NCBI GenBank assembly: GCA_026023565.1
Contig: JAPETS010000001.1
Location: 682,001 to 746,000 of the forward strand
Direction: 5' to 3'
DNA length: 64,000 nucleotides
DNA from: Cirrosporium novae-zelandiae
Taxonomy: Eukaryota
Within the stretch, counting starts at the first letter, position 1, and every line of letters starts with the position of its first letter. A model generated the notes under the pieces. That model saw only the letters and a list, made by a program, of their open reading frames with translations. It was not told where the DNA came from and did no database searches. The translations under genes were made by a program, and so were the position numbers. Shown here one piece after another: positions 24,764 through 38,363 of the stretch.

Positions 24764-26136
24764 TTAAGGGCTATAAGACGTCACATAATACTTTTCGACA
24801 GTTAGTGCCATATGGATAATAAAATCAGTGAATGAACTTACTGTTAAGACCGACTCTTCGCCATCTTCCTCGTTTGGTAGATAGACATAAAGTATCAAAG
24901 CATGTTCATGGCAAAAGCCTTTGAAGGTTCCTATCAGCGTGTGATTCGGATAGACTTAGGCGCGCGCATCCTCTAAAAATATTCAATAATTTGGAAAGGC
25001 TCACAGGCAATAACCCTTCCCCCTAATCTTCCCACACTCAATACCCTCCCCCAATCTTTCCCATCAATTCTGCACCTAGCGAACGATTCTTCTCCTGTCT
25101 TCGCTCTCATTTTTTCCGATGGATGCTCCCTTATTGCCTCGGCCCCTCCCACGGTATTGGGATTTAATTCCGGGTTTATTAGATCATCCCACTGGCTTAC
25201 AATATTGAGTGCATCTGTCTGGATGGCTAATCTCAAATTTCCGTGCATATTCGCACTGATTTCTAATCGCGGGTTAGACCCTCCACTACTATCGTTTCCA
25301 AGTCTGCTACCTTTATTAATGCTTGCCGTGGAGGTAGTTGAGAGTGCTAGCCGTGTGAAGCGATCGGAAATGGATTTCAGATGCGCTAGGTTTGGCAATA
25401 TTATATTGACATCAGGCTCTCTGCAACGAGGTTCATGCAAGCCATCGACTTCCGAAGGATTGAGTACCACGATCGGAACATCTTGTGTAATAACCGTCTG
25501 ACGCTCACCAACACCACCAAAAGTATTGCCGCCGATGCTTCCAGATTGTGAAGGGAACCCATCATAGTTATGGCCAGTACTGTCATCTGTTATGGCAGAT
25601 GGAAGACTCGATGTTGTTGTGGTGCTAATGGTGAGTGAAAGAAGCGGAATGCCATTTTTCTTGGTAAGACGAATAGACGTAGAAGTCGCAGAAAGTGCAG
25701 AACGTAGGGCACGGTTGAGAGATGCAAGGTTGACCTCGAGATTTATAGCATTTCCAGGTACGGCGGATTGGATAGTGTATTCTTCAAATATTTGGTCCTT
25801 GGGTAGTCCGAACATTAATATGAGCGACGGTTGTAGCAAGGTAATATCTAGAGGTCCTTACAATAGACAATGACCTAAACACATGTCAAACTTGTGGAAT
25901 CTTCGCGGGATAGCAGGTATAAAGGATGGCTTACGCCCATACTTGCGTTCCTCGATCAGGGATGACAGTAAAACGGACAAGACTATCGTCAAGCTTGACC
26001 CAAGCCACCTTTCCTAAGCTTGCCAAAGACGCAGTAAATTCTATAGAAGATTGTTAGCCCGATTTTTGATTTACTCAATCGTTAGTGATTTACTGCAGAA
26101 TGTATTGATACTCCTGATAGAGCTCTTAAAGCGCAT
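24764..26136 (-). CDS. HUS1: 9-1-1 checkpoint clamp subunit Hus1
   Basis: MRFK start; FTASLASLGKVAWVKL, FTVIPDRGTQVWA, LRLAIQTDAL, CFCHEHALILYVY, YYVTSYSP*. Five exons, including a 13-nt microexon at 25862-25874. Confidence 0.88.
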
Positions 26137-26621
26137 CTTAAGTCGCCAGCGGGGGAGAAGTGGTTGTTTCAATATACGTTCATATCGTCCAAAATTATCG
26201 ATAGAGGTAGCTGATAAACTACCGAAGTGCAACAATTCAGGATGTTTAATGTCTTCAATTGCACGCGAGCACTGTTCAATGATTACTATACTGTATTTAA
26301 ATATAGCTCACTTAGAAGTTTACTTAATGAGTATCCAAGAGAGAATGGGCTCAACGACGAGCTACCCTTGCTCTAGAAACGTTTAAGGAAATTTGGGTTC
26401 TCATCAACCTCTACATTTAGTACTCCACAGAAGCCATCAAATGACATAAAATGATGCCTAATTTAAAAACGCTACTTTCTCTCGAACCTAATATACAATC
26501 ATATCAAATACATTATATCTTGGATTGGGTGTTGGTGGACAGAACAATTTTTTCACTTATTTTGGGATCCAAGTAATCACTCATAAACTTTTAAATCCGC
26601 CAGCTTTTCAATAATCAACTA

Positions 26622-26722
26622 GCCGGGTTAGCTCAATCGGTAGAGCGTGTGGCTCTTAATTCGTCCATAAGGCGTTATAAGAGTTGACCTCAAGGTTGCG
26701 GGTTCGACCCCCGCATTCGGCT
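26622..26722 (+). tRNA. tRNA-Lys(CTT) with canonical intron
   Basis: Acceptor GCCGGGT/ATTCGGC, D-arm GCTC..GAGC, anticodon CTT, intron 3' of position 37, T-arm GCGGG-TTCGACC-CCCGC, followed by a T-run terminator. Confidence 0.92.
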
Positions 26723-28243
26723 TTTTTGCTTCTAGGAGCAATGAGCCTGGTAGGTGTATGAAGAAAATCATCACGAGTGGTATATACATTCGCATGTGGA
26801 TAGACGCGGTCATACCATTTGTGGATTTGTTGTCTCTTATGATTTTAATCTCGAATCCTTCAGAGTATGGTTGTGTTCTTAATCATTTTCCGGCGGTAGC
26901 TGAAACAAAAAGCGGGTTACTTTAATGAATGCTAAACCATTTCTTGCTCTGGTGCTTTGATAATTGTTGCAAAAAAGAAAAAAAAAAACCTCACGAGTCT
27001 ATTCTAATGCAAAGCCCCCTTTATAAGAAGTACCCTATTGTATGTATTCAATATCATCTACTAGGAAACTAAGAATTGCGGCGGGGACTCGCTTCGCTGG
27101 CTGATTGCTACTGCATTTGTATGGAGCCCATGTGTTTGGCTGGCATAGGCTCAATGCATTCTCTGGCTGAACGTAACAACGTGTAAAGGTTGTAAGCTTT
27201 CCAAAGGCGCATTCGTACAACTGTAAACATCGGTACCTCCAATGGAAGAAGTAACACAATGGACGACTTAGTCTATCTTCTGGCTGAGCTATGACAGGAG
27301 TTATTTCACCCATTGCCTTGGGCTTAACTGCCACCATCTCAGAATAGTTGTCATAGTACCGTTGCAACAATAATACTGTAAGGGGTCATGAATGATCCAA
27401 AACTCTAGTCCACCTGAGATAGAGCAGAGCGAGTTATATTTGATAGAAGACAATGCATTGCTTCCGATTTTGGGTTACGTTGGTGTGGAAATCCATTCTA
27501 TCTTGTAGTAATATAATATCGTCAGTCGCAATTTATTCGGCCCTTTCGACAAAGTCGATTAATTCGATAGATTGGAATGCTGCATTACCTCAAACTAGTA
27601 CTTACTATTTACCCCCTAGATGAGTATTACGGTCACTCATTTTACCAAGAGGCTTCACCAGTGCGAAACGATTGATTTTCTCATATTTGGCACTTGTCCG
27701 TGTCGTGGTACTGTGTACTGTACTATAGTACCTCGTAAAGTCTGAGTGTAACAAGAACGAAGGAGTGAACCAACTTTTCAACTGAAGGGGTTGCAAACAA
27801 CTGTTCTTTGTGATCCTTAAAAAATATATATTGCTAGGTCAGAATCATATTTGATATAACGAACCATTTGGGGCAGTCATAACAACTATCAAGACCTGGT
27901 TTCAGCTTGTCGCTAAAGTCAGCGTTTGTAAGCGAATATTCAAAGTACGAGGCCCATGGTTCCTTTGAATCGAAGTGCTACTATGAGTGCCTCCTTAGTA
28001 TATCATGAGGAAACAAAATTTGATCGAATACAGGCTTTCTTGTTTGGAATTTCTTTTCGTTTAGAGGGATTTCCACATACAGATATTAGTCTGCGTGAAT
28101 TTAGATATTGACATAGGGATTCCGAGCATGCGAGACATCGTGTTCGTATTCGTCATACCGCATAACTTCTAGTGCTAAGAGTACTGACAAACATAGATAT
28201 ACCTCTTTTCTTTCCATCACTTCAACAGATCCCATTAGAAAAT

Positions 28244-28343
28244 GGTCGGTTAGCTCAGTTGGTTAGAGCGCCGTGCTAATACGACTCCGCCTCGCAGCGG
28301 AAGTGTAACGCGGATGTCGCGGGTTCGACCCCCGTACTGACCA
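28244..28343 (+). tRNA. tRNA-Ile(AAT) with canonical intron
   Basis: Acceptor GGTCGGT/ACTGACC, D-arm GCTC..GAGC, anticodon stem CCGTG/CGCGG with AAT, intron, T-arm GCGGG-TTCGACC-CCCGT. Confidence 0.93.
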
Positions 28344-29311
28344 GGATTCTCCTCCAGGAGGAGATATTTACTTTTGCTCCGGCCCTATTTGGATTTTTTT
28401 TGCTGAGTTATGATCTTCCGGTGTGGTGGTGGGGCGGCTGGACGTTAGATCCCTTAGCTGATGTTAATATGTGCTTGAGATCAAGGAAATTCGAGTAGTT
28501 GATCTAGATAGCGAGAACTGATTCGGATTTTGAGAAAACTCTTTGCCTCTCTTGATTGATAATTGTTTTGAGAATAGCTAGAAGTAATTCTGATTACGTT
28601 AGCACTGCAATAGAATCTACTACAATATTCCTAATTAACTAAATCGGAAAGTTGAACGGCGTGAGCCTTCGAACCTTTATATAAACACGGCTTGGCTTGA
28701 ATTAGATGTTGACATGGAGGTATTTCCTAGCACATAGTGCAATCATCGCAGTCCGGCTGCATTATCTATTTTGTTTAAGATCTTCCTCGTGGTTCTATCT
28801 ACATCATAGTGACAACGCCAGGAAGACGTAGGCATTAAAATTAGGCTATAATGGAGGTTTTGTGTAGATTCCGTCCAGAACTAGTCCGATTGCTCCCAGA
28901 GCAACTCTCTATACATGTAGTTATTCGAAGGCTGTAAAAATATGACCCACTTGTTCTTGATTAGGAAACCTCCCCAGTGCATATCATTACAGGAGCCTCG
29001 GAAATATAAGACAGTTAGAAGATTCTCACCAGGAGCGTCCAGTCTTGATTATCCTGATAGTAGTCAGCATTAGATCATATACTCTAGTTAATAGAAGACT
29101 TCGGCGGAGGTAGGATACTTTGGTAGACTTACAAGATCAGCTTTATTTATATCGAGATCACAAGTTTGCTGATTATAATCAGCTGTTCAATAGAAGACTT
29201 GGCCTCCGTGCAAACATAAGAGCGATGATCGATGTAAGAGGAAGATAGTCATGTTATAACGTTCAAGGAGAAGTGATGGCTAGAGATGTCGATCTCTCGA
29301 CTCAAGCGTTC

Positions 29312-31009
29312 CTATTGCTTGTTGATCCAACCAGCATGAACCATGAAATCAAAGATACGGCCTGCCTTCGCACCGTCGATCTGAAGTGAATCAGAGAAGA
29401 ATTATGAGACATAGATTTTGGGTGCCTTACTTTACAAATATCCTTCGCTATCTTCCTCTTAAGAATGCCGCCGTGCTTTGCTGCTTCTATCAAAAGGTGC
29501 TGCTTGATAGCAAGGTATGGTTTTGGTAATATGTTTATAGTCTCGCAAAGTTTTTGTTCTTCGCTTAGTAATAAATGTAAATCCGTTGTGTCGTTATTCA
29601 ATTTGATTGGAGAGACGGTGCTGAGTGGTTGTACTGTATAGTGTGCTTTGAGATATTGGGGCGTAAGAGTACCATTGGTGTTTCCATTGGTTATGGGCTT
29701 GTCGTTTGAAGCTCGAGTTGACAGTGTCGACGCTGCCTGCGGCTTTTTCAAATCTGCATGTACCTCTGACATATTATAGATGGAAGGTCCAGGCGGGGGT
29801 TCCGCTGCCTGTGACGCTTTCGCTTTCCCAACAGTGCCGTTGTGATTATATGGACCAGCTGGAGGTTTCTGTTGATTTCGGAGGAGTTTTTCCTGTTCGT
29901 ACTTTTGACCGCTTTCGAGATCTCCAATACTCATTTCCCTCCATTCTTGAAGCTGTGCAATGGCTTGTCGAAGATGGAGTTCATAATCTAAGCCCTTGTA
30001 AAAGTCGGTGTAACTTTTGTGGTTCATTAGCCGGGCAAAAGGCTTGGTTTTGTTATGGAGATCCCTTTCCTCTTTGGTTCGCTTCTTGTCCGCAGCGGCA
30101 TTCTTACGATAATCGAGAATGTTATGCTCGAATATTATCCGTTTTCTCTCCGCTCGCTGTGTTAGCCGAGTATTGTAAATGTCCATGACTGTGAGCTTTA
30201 AATCGACATCAGGCTCAAGTTGACCGGTGTTGGGATTAATACCGTCCCCTGGATCAAATTGCATGTGCTGAACGGCTTCTTCTGCTTCATTGGCATACTC
30301 GGTCTCGAATTCCAGCCGACCAGGCATATACCCTTGAACTTCATGGCACGAAGGTGTACTCTGCATGACCTTTTGTTTCAAGCTTGCAAGAGGTATATTC
30401 TTAGCAGCTTCTTTCCGTTCTTCTATTCGTCGCTTTTTTCTTGCCTGAAATTCATCCCGAGGTATCTGTTGCATTAAAGCTTTGTCCTTTGGGTTCGCCC
30501 GTTCAGGAAGTGGAAATTTGGAGCTATAAACATATGTATCCAGATAATGATCTCGGACCTCATCTTTGGTACGATAGCCACCGATATGATCGGCTATCTC
30601 AGCCCAAGAACCCAATCCATATGTCTCAGCTCCGGTAAGTAATGCCAATTCTTCATCTGCTCCCCAGTCTTCCTTAAATATGGGGATGGAATGCTGTTCT
30701 ATCACTAAGTAACCATGTGTTGCTGGGTCATGATCTCTGGATGTTGAACCGTTGGAGAAACAAGGGACACAAAGATCGTAATCGGCACATTTTGCACAAT
30801 GAATACGGACCTGGAACAGGGGAGCCGTGTTAGCATTGTAGACTGTTGGAAATTGTAATTAAAGTGTGATGCGCAAATCTAGTATGCTACCATGTGGTAA
30901 ATCCAGAGACACGTACAGTTGACGTTATGTCAATGGCGCAGACGTCGCAAACATATTTCAACCCTCCCTCCGTGGGCCGCACCCCGCCTTTTTTTCTGAT
31001 TACCCCCAT
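29312..31009 (-). CDS. ADA2: SAGA/ADA complex subunit Ada2 (ZZ finger, SANT, SWIRM)
   Basis: [66 protein letters not shown], terminal [11 protein letters not shown]. Introns 30811-30916 and 29381-29430. Confidence 0.95.
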
Positions 31010-31765
31010 AACCACAGGATGTTATTTTGGGTACAAATAAATAAATAAATAGTTGGACCCGTCCAGGGACAGGGAATGCCGGAATTAGCAACTCAATTTG
31101 GTTGAGCTGGATGAGGAGAATCTTTTAATACTGTACAGCACATGAACGCTCTCGATCTGGAAATGGATGAAGAAAATTATAAAATTTGTCATGTAGTGAA
31201 TTGTTTATGATATGTGGGATTGGTGAAGTGAGAATAGGTTGCGATCTCTTGACTCCATACACACAGTAGGCGCATATCTTGTTGCTTCATACAGTACCGC
31301 ATCGTCGGACCTTGTTCGCTGGCCTGCATGAAGCTATGCTTGATAGGGAATGCTTAGTCATAATCATCGCATCCAATCAAACTTCAATCTTTAACCTTCT
31401 CCCCGTATTTCGTCTCTTGAGAGATACTGATCACTTAATACTCCAACTGTGAGGCGGAGCATTGAGGCGCATCAATCTCCCAAATCTTAAGTCTACCCTT
31501 ACTAAATCTTTACTTCAACATTTGTTTCTTTTGTTGTACTGGATAGCTGAATTGCAATCCCTTCATGAGAACCACTGGCTGTGTTCAAACCTCGATATAC
31601 TTAAACCTGCCAACTGGGTACACCCTTGAGGGGTAAACATCTTCAACTACTCACCTCTAGCTGAGCCGCAATCATCGTGCGAGATCTCAGAACGTCTTTG
31701 AAAGGCACCGAATTCTTTTAAGTCAGAGAGAAACCGCTTTTCAGGGGGGTTTCATCAATCTTTTC

Positions 31766-33891
31766 ATGATGTCCTGGAAGCTTACAAAGAGTGCGAGATT
31801 TGTCCGACCCTTTTAAAGGTACATGACTAACCTTTTCCTAACAGAGCTGAAAGAGACTCATCTCGCCCCTTTAGCCAATACGTTTGGCCGCTCGTCATCT
31901 CAGTCTACAATTAAGACGGAATCTACTGCCACCGAAGAACCCACTGCCAGTTCGGCAACCAGCATCAATAGCAATAATGGAATTGCTGCTTCAGAGGCTT
32001 TAGTCTCACCACCTGTTGCACCTACAAAGCCCGGTATTCTCATAGTCACTCTACACGAGGGTAAAGGCTTCTCGCTATCTAATAGTCACCAGCAAGCCCT
32101 TGGTCAACTGTCTGGAAATGGCTTTAATGCATCAGGATCTGTCCGGCCAAGTTCATCCTCTTCGAGGAACACAAGTAGCATGGCTAGTTCTGTGCTCAAC
32201 CACAACCGAGGAGTATCCACAGGCGGAGGAATCAATGCCGCTCCAACTATTCATGGAAGATACTCTACAAAGTACTTGCCATATGCTCTTTTGGACTTTG
32301 ATAAATTGCAGGTCTTCGTTGATGCTGTATCTGGAACGCCAGAAAATCCGTTGTGGGCCGGTGACAATACGTCATACAAGTTCGATGTGTCCCGAATTTC
32401 AGACCTATCCGTACAATTATACCTTCGAAACCCGAACGCTCATCCGGGCGCTGGAAGAAATGAAGACATTTTCTTAGGCTCTTGCCAAGTTAGGCCGCGC
32501 TTTGAAGAAGCAAAACAACATGTTGATGATCCTACCAAAAGCAAGAAAGACCGTGAAAAGGCAGCAGCAGCTTTCGCAATAGGGCAAAGACAAATGGGAC
32601 AATCTGGTGTTGAATGGCTAGACATGCAATTCGGAACCGGTACGATCAAAATTGGAGTGAAATTTGTAGAAAACCGGCAGCAGAGTTTGAAGATAGAAGA
32701 TTTTGAGTTGTTGAAAGTTGTTGGAAAGGGCAGTTTTGGTAAAGTTATGCAGGTCATGTTAGTGTTATTATATCCCCTTCGCTCAAAGACCTTAAACTAA
32801 TTTGTTAGGAAACGGGATACACATCGAATCTATGCCTTGAAGACCATTCGAAAAGCTCATATCATCTCCCGGTCTGAAGTTGCTCATACCCTTGCTGAAC
32901 GCTCAGTACTCGCCCAGATCAACAATTCTTTCATCGTTCCGTTAAAATTTTCCTTCCAATCGCCCGAAAAGTTATATCTTGTGCTGGCATTCGTCAATGG
33001 AGGCGAACTCTTCCATCATCTTCAAAAGGAGCAGCGTTTCGACATAAATCGTTCTCGATTCTATACAGCTGAATTGCTTTGTGCATTAGAGTGTTTACAT
33101 GGATTCAAGGTCATCTACAGAGACTTGAAACCAGAAAATATTCTTCTCGATTATACAGGTCACATTGCTCTCTGCGATTTTGGCTTGTGTAAATTGGATA
33201 TGAAAGACGAAGATCGTACAAATAGTAAGTATTGGTATCCCTTAGATATTCTTGCCAGTGATTAACAATTATAAGCTTTCTGCGGCACACCAGAATACCT
33301 TGCGCCCGAACTTCTCCTTGGTCATGGTTATACGAAGACAGTGGACTGGTGGACTTTGGGAGTCCTCCTTTATGAAATGTTGACTGGATTGCCACCTTTC
33401 TACGACGAGAACACGAATGAAATGTACCGCAAGATTCTTCAAGAACCTTTACATTTCCCTGGCCATGAAATCGTGCCTCCGGCAGCCAAGGATCTTCTCA
33501 CTCGGCTCTTGGACCGCAATCCGGAGAAACGACTTGGGGCGAATGGAGCATCAGAGATTAAGGCCCACCATTTCTTCCATGCTATCGACTGGCGAAAGCT
33601 GCTACAGCGGAAATACGAACCAGCTTTCAAGCCCAGTGTGGTATGTAAAATTTGAAATGCTTGATACACAATTGTATACTAACAGGATAATAGGTGGATG
33701 CTCTTGACACTGCAAACTTCGATCGTGAATTTACATCGGAAGCACCAATGGATTCATATGTAGATGGACCAGTGCTATCTCAGACAATGCAGCAACAGTT
33801 TGCAGGCTGGTCCTACAATCGACCTGTTGCTGGGCTCGGGGATGCAGGTGGGAGTGTGAAGGATCCTTCGTTTGGCAGCGTTACAGGCTGA
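31766..33891 (+). CDS. YPK1: AGC Ser/Thr kinase Ypk1/YpkA/Gad8 (C2-like domain plus kinase)
   Basis: MSWKLTKKLKETHL start; GKGSFGKV, YRDLKPEN, DFG, TFCGTPEYLAPE, hydrophobic motif FAGWSY. Introns 31791-31844, 32758-32808, 33225-33275, 33641-33693. Confidence 0.96.
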
Positions 33892-34632
33892 GCAGGATGG
33901 GGTTAGATATTATTTGCAAACAGCAAGGGCGGACATGGTTGGCGTCATTTTGCAGACTCTTCTATGCACCTATATATCTACTGCTTCCCTTAAGCAGTGA
34001 TTTCTATGGCGTTTGAAAGATGGCAGCAGTAGGCAAGAGAAATATATCAACTTAGCCCTGATTTCAGATTGAATGTGAGGCAGGGAGTGTTCTGATAAAT
34101 GGATTTATTACAATTGGAGTGATGATGACGCAAAGTACAGGATGATACACAGCACTTGAGTAGTTGGTGAGGGGATGTACTAAGTAGGAAGTGGCATTGC
34201 TACTGTGGTACCTGAAACTTTAGGTTTTCTCGTACTGTACTTTATAGTTGCATTGCACACATTGGAAAGGCTAAGTTTCTTATGTCACAGGAGGGGACAC
34301 CTTTGATACTGCTGATTGAGCTGGGAAAGCCACGAAGCCCCACTTGCCAACCCAGGACCGACCCGGGAACATCAGAGAACCTTTGCCCCGCCATTGAGGC
34401 CATCGAATCACCCAAATCACCTGTTGCTGTCCAGCTTTTCCTATCTTCCACCACAACCAAGGTAACATCCAATTCTTTCTCTGCAAATTTTGTCAATTCT
34501 ACTAACCATCGTTCCTCAGGAGACTACAGAGCCTGAGCTCTTAAAAGCACCTTTTAAAAGCACCCACCAAACATCACACAGATCTTAATACCCACCATCT
34601 ACCATCCCTCTTTTCTATACACCCTTTTCAAC

Positions 34633-36342
<1,710 letters not shown>

Positions 36343-36769
36343 ACAATACAATAATAAGGGATGGGTTTGGGTTTGATATGGAAAAGGATGAACATAGATG
36401 CAATGGATTACGAGGGAATGTGATAATTGTGAACTATTCTTTTTATCGCTATACTTCGCCGAAGCAATGAGCACATGAATGTGAAAAGCTAAATTTCTTA
36501 CCTTTCGTTAACTCGTATTCTGGTTCCCAATATTAGCTATCGTAAACTCTTCATAGTCATGAAGAAAACCATCTATGATTTAATCATACCAGTATAGAAA
36601 GTAACTACTACAGAGAAAGAGTCAATTTTTCTCTTCGGGCCGATCATAATCAAATAGCCTAAATCTCGGCCCGGAAAAGTGTCGGTAAGCGGCCTAAGAA
36701 TAATCTATCCATCTCTCACTTGCTACCAAACCCTACTTTTTATATCATCATCAAACAAATAAGATCACA

Positions 36770-37686
36770 ATGCCATCTCCATCAAATCAAGATCAAGACC
36801 AAAATCCAAACCCGACTTCAGCTACAGCTTCCCATCCAAACAACTATGAACATAAACAACCTCCTTTTTCAAATACTCTCACGCCATCTACATCTTTGAA
36901 AAAAAGTCCGACTGAAGACCTACATCGAGATAGAGAGGGGGAACGAGAACGTAGAATCGTAAGTTTTTATTTATTTTCATCTTTTTAAGGGGAGGGGGCC
37001 GGTGTTTTCTAATTCCTCTTTCATTCCTTCATTCATAAATATAAAATCAAAGTCACAAACACCCCTCCGCGCCCCTCCCCCTCACCACTCGAACAATCAC
37101 AAGTAAAAAGAAAGAAAAAAACACCCGAAACTAATATCAAGTCGCTTTTTTTTCAAAAAATAGGCATTCTTGAAATCTAAAAACACAAATCTAGAATCTC
37201 AAATCGCTGAAGCGGAGAAGAAAAGGGAGGAGTTGAGGGTCAAGTTTGGGTATGTCTTTTTTTTTTTACTTCATGTTTTTCATGTTTTTGGTGAAGGCGG
37301 TTTTGGCCCTGTGTGCGATTTCAAGTTATAACTTACTTGCTTACTTGCTTGTCCATCCATCCATTTATTCTGGGGAAGAAGAGAAGGGGGAAAGTAACAA
37401 GGGAGAAAAAAAGCAAAGCAAACCCTCCCTCTCTCCCTCTTCCCCTTCCCCCTTTCCCCCTTCTCCCAACAAATCCCATCTAACAACCCCTGATACCACC
37501 ACCCCCAGTTCCCTAGAAGAAGAAAAAGATCCCCAAGCCCTCCTCCAAACCCACATCTCCCTCTTACACGATTACAATGACATCAAAGATATCGGGCAAG
37601 GACTCATGGGGTTAATTGCTGAGAATCGGGGATGTAGAATTAGGGAGGTTTATGAGGAGTTTGGGGTTGGGGAGGGGATGGATTGA
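36770..37686 (+). CDS. SWI5: Swi5/Sae3 homologous-recombination factor (Swi5-Sfr1 complex)
   Basis: HISLLHDYNDIKDIGQGLMGLIAENRG..IREVYEEFG signature. Exons 36770-36958, 37164-37249 and 37509-37686 splice in frame. The symbol refers to the S. pombe swi5/SAE3 family, not the S. cerevisiae transcription factor. Confidence 0.88.
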
Positions 37687-38363
37687 GGGGGGGGTTGTTT
37701 GTTTGCTTTACTTTACTGGGTGGGAGTTGTATATATATGTGTATACGCATGTTAATGAGTTTGGACCTAGGTCTCTGGGGGGGGGGAAGGGAGGAAGGAA
37801 GGAAGGAAAGGGGATAAGCTATGATTATCTATATTGCTGGTATAGCTCACGTATGATTGATTACCCGAGGGATGGAAATATTCGTACCGTAGGTACAGTA
37901 CTGTACATCATAATACTAAACAATTTTTTTCTCTCCCCTTATTAGGGGCATAGTAACCGAAACCAAAAGCAAGAAAGAAATATATTATTGAAAGTTAAAT
38001 AATCAAATTGTCTATTCTACTTGGGAAATAAAACTACATTAAACACTGCACTTTTTGATTGATTCCGCTCCCATCAGCATAATAAGCTTTGGTGTAATTC
38101 ATCTTTAAAAATATGTACATAGTATAATATCCACCTAGTTAACTAATCTAAACGCCGCTACCGTGTGCGTGTGTGTGTGCTAAGAATATAATTTTCCTTG
38201 CTTACTTCCTCAACCTCAACAATCCATCTCGAAGGGGGTATCTATTTTCGAAGAACAAATGCTGATTAAATAAGAATATTCCGGGGACCAAAAAAAGGAA
38301 TGGGTACAGCAATCAAAGTTCAATGCTATTAATTGAAATCTCCCCCCCTCTTTTTTTTTTTTT

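Noticed and set aside
26628..26813. 61-aa minus-strand ORF
   Set aside because: Antisense to tRNA-Lys; not a plausible protein.
27035..27370. 111-aa minus-strand ORF between the two tRNAs
   Set aside because: Non-ATG start, no recognisable motif and no supporting exon structure.
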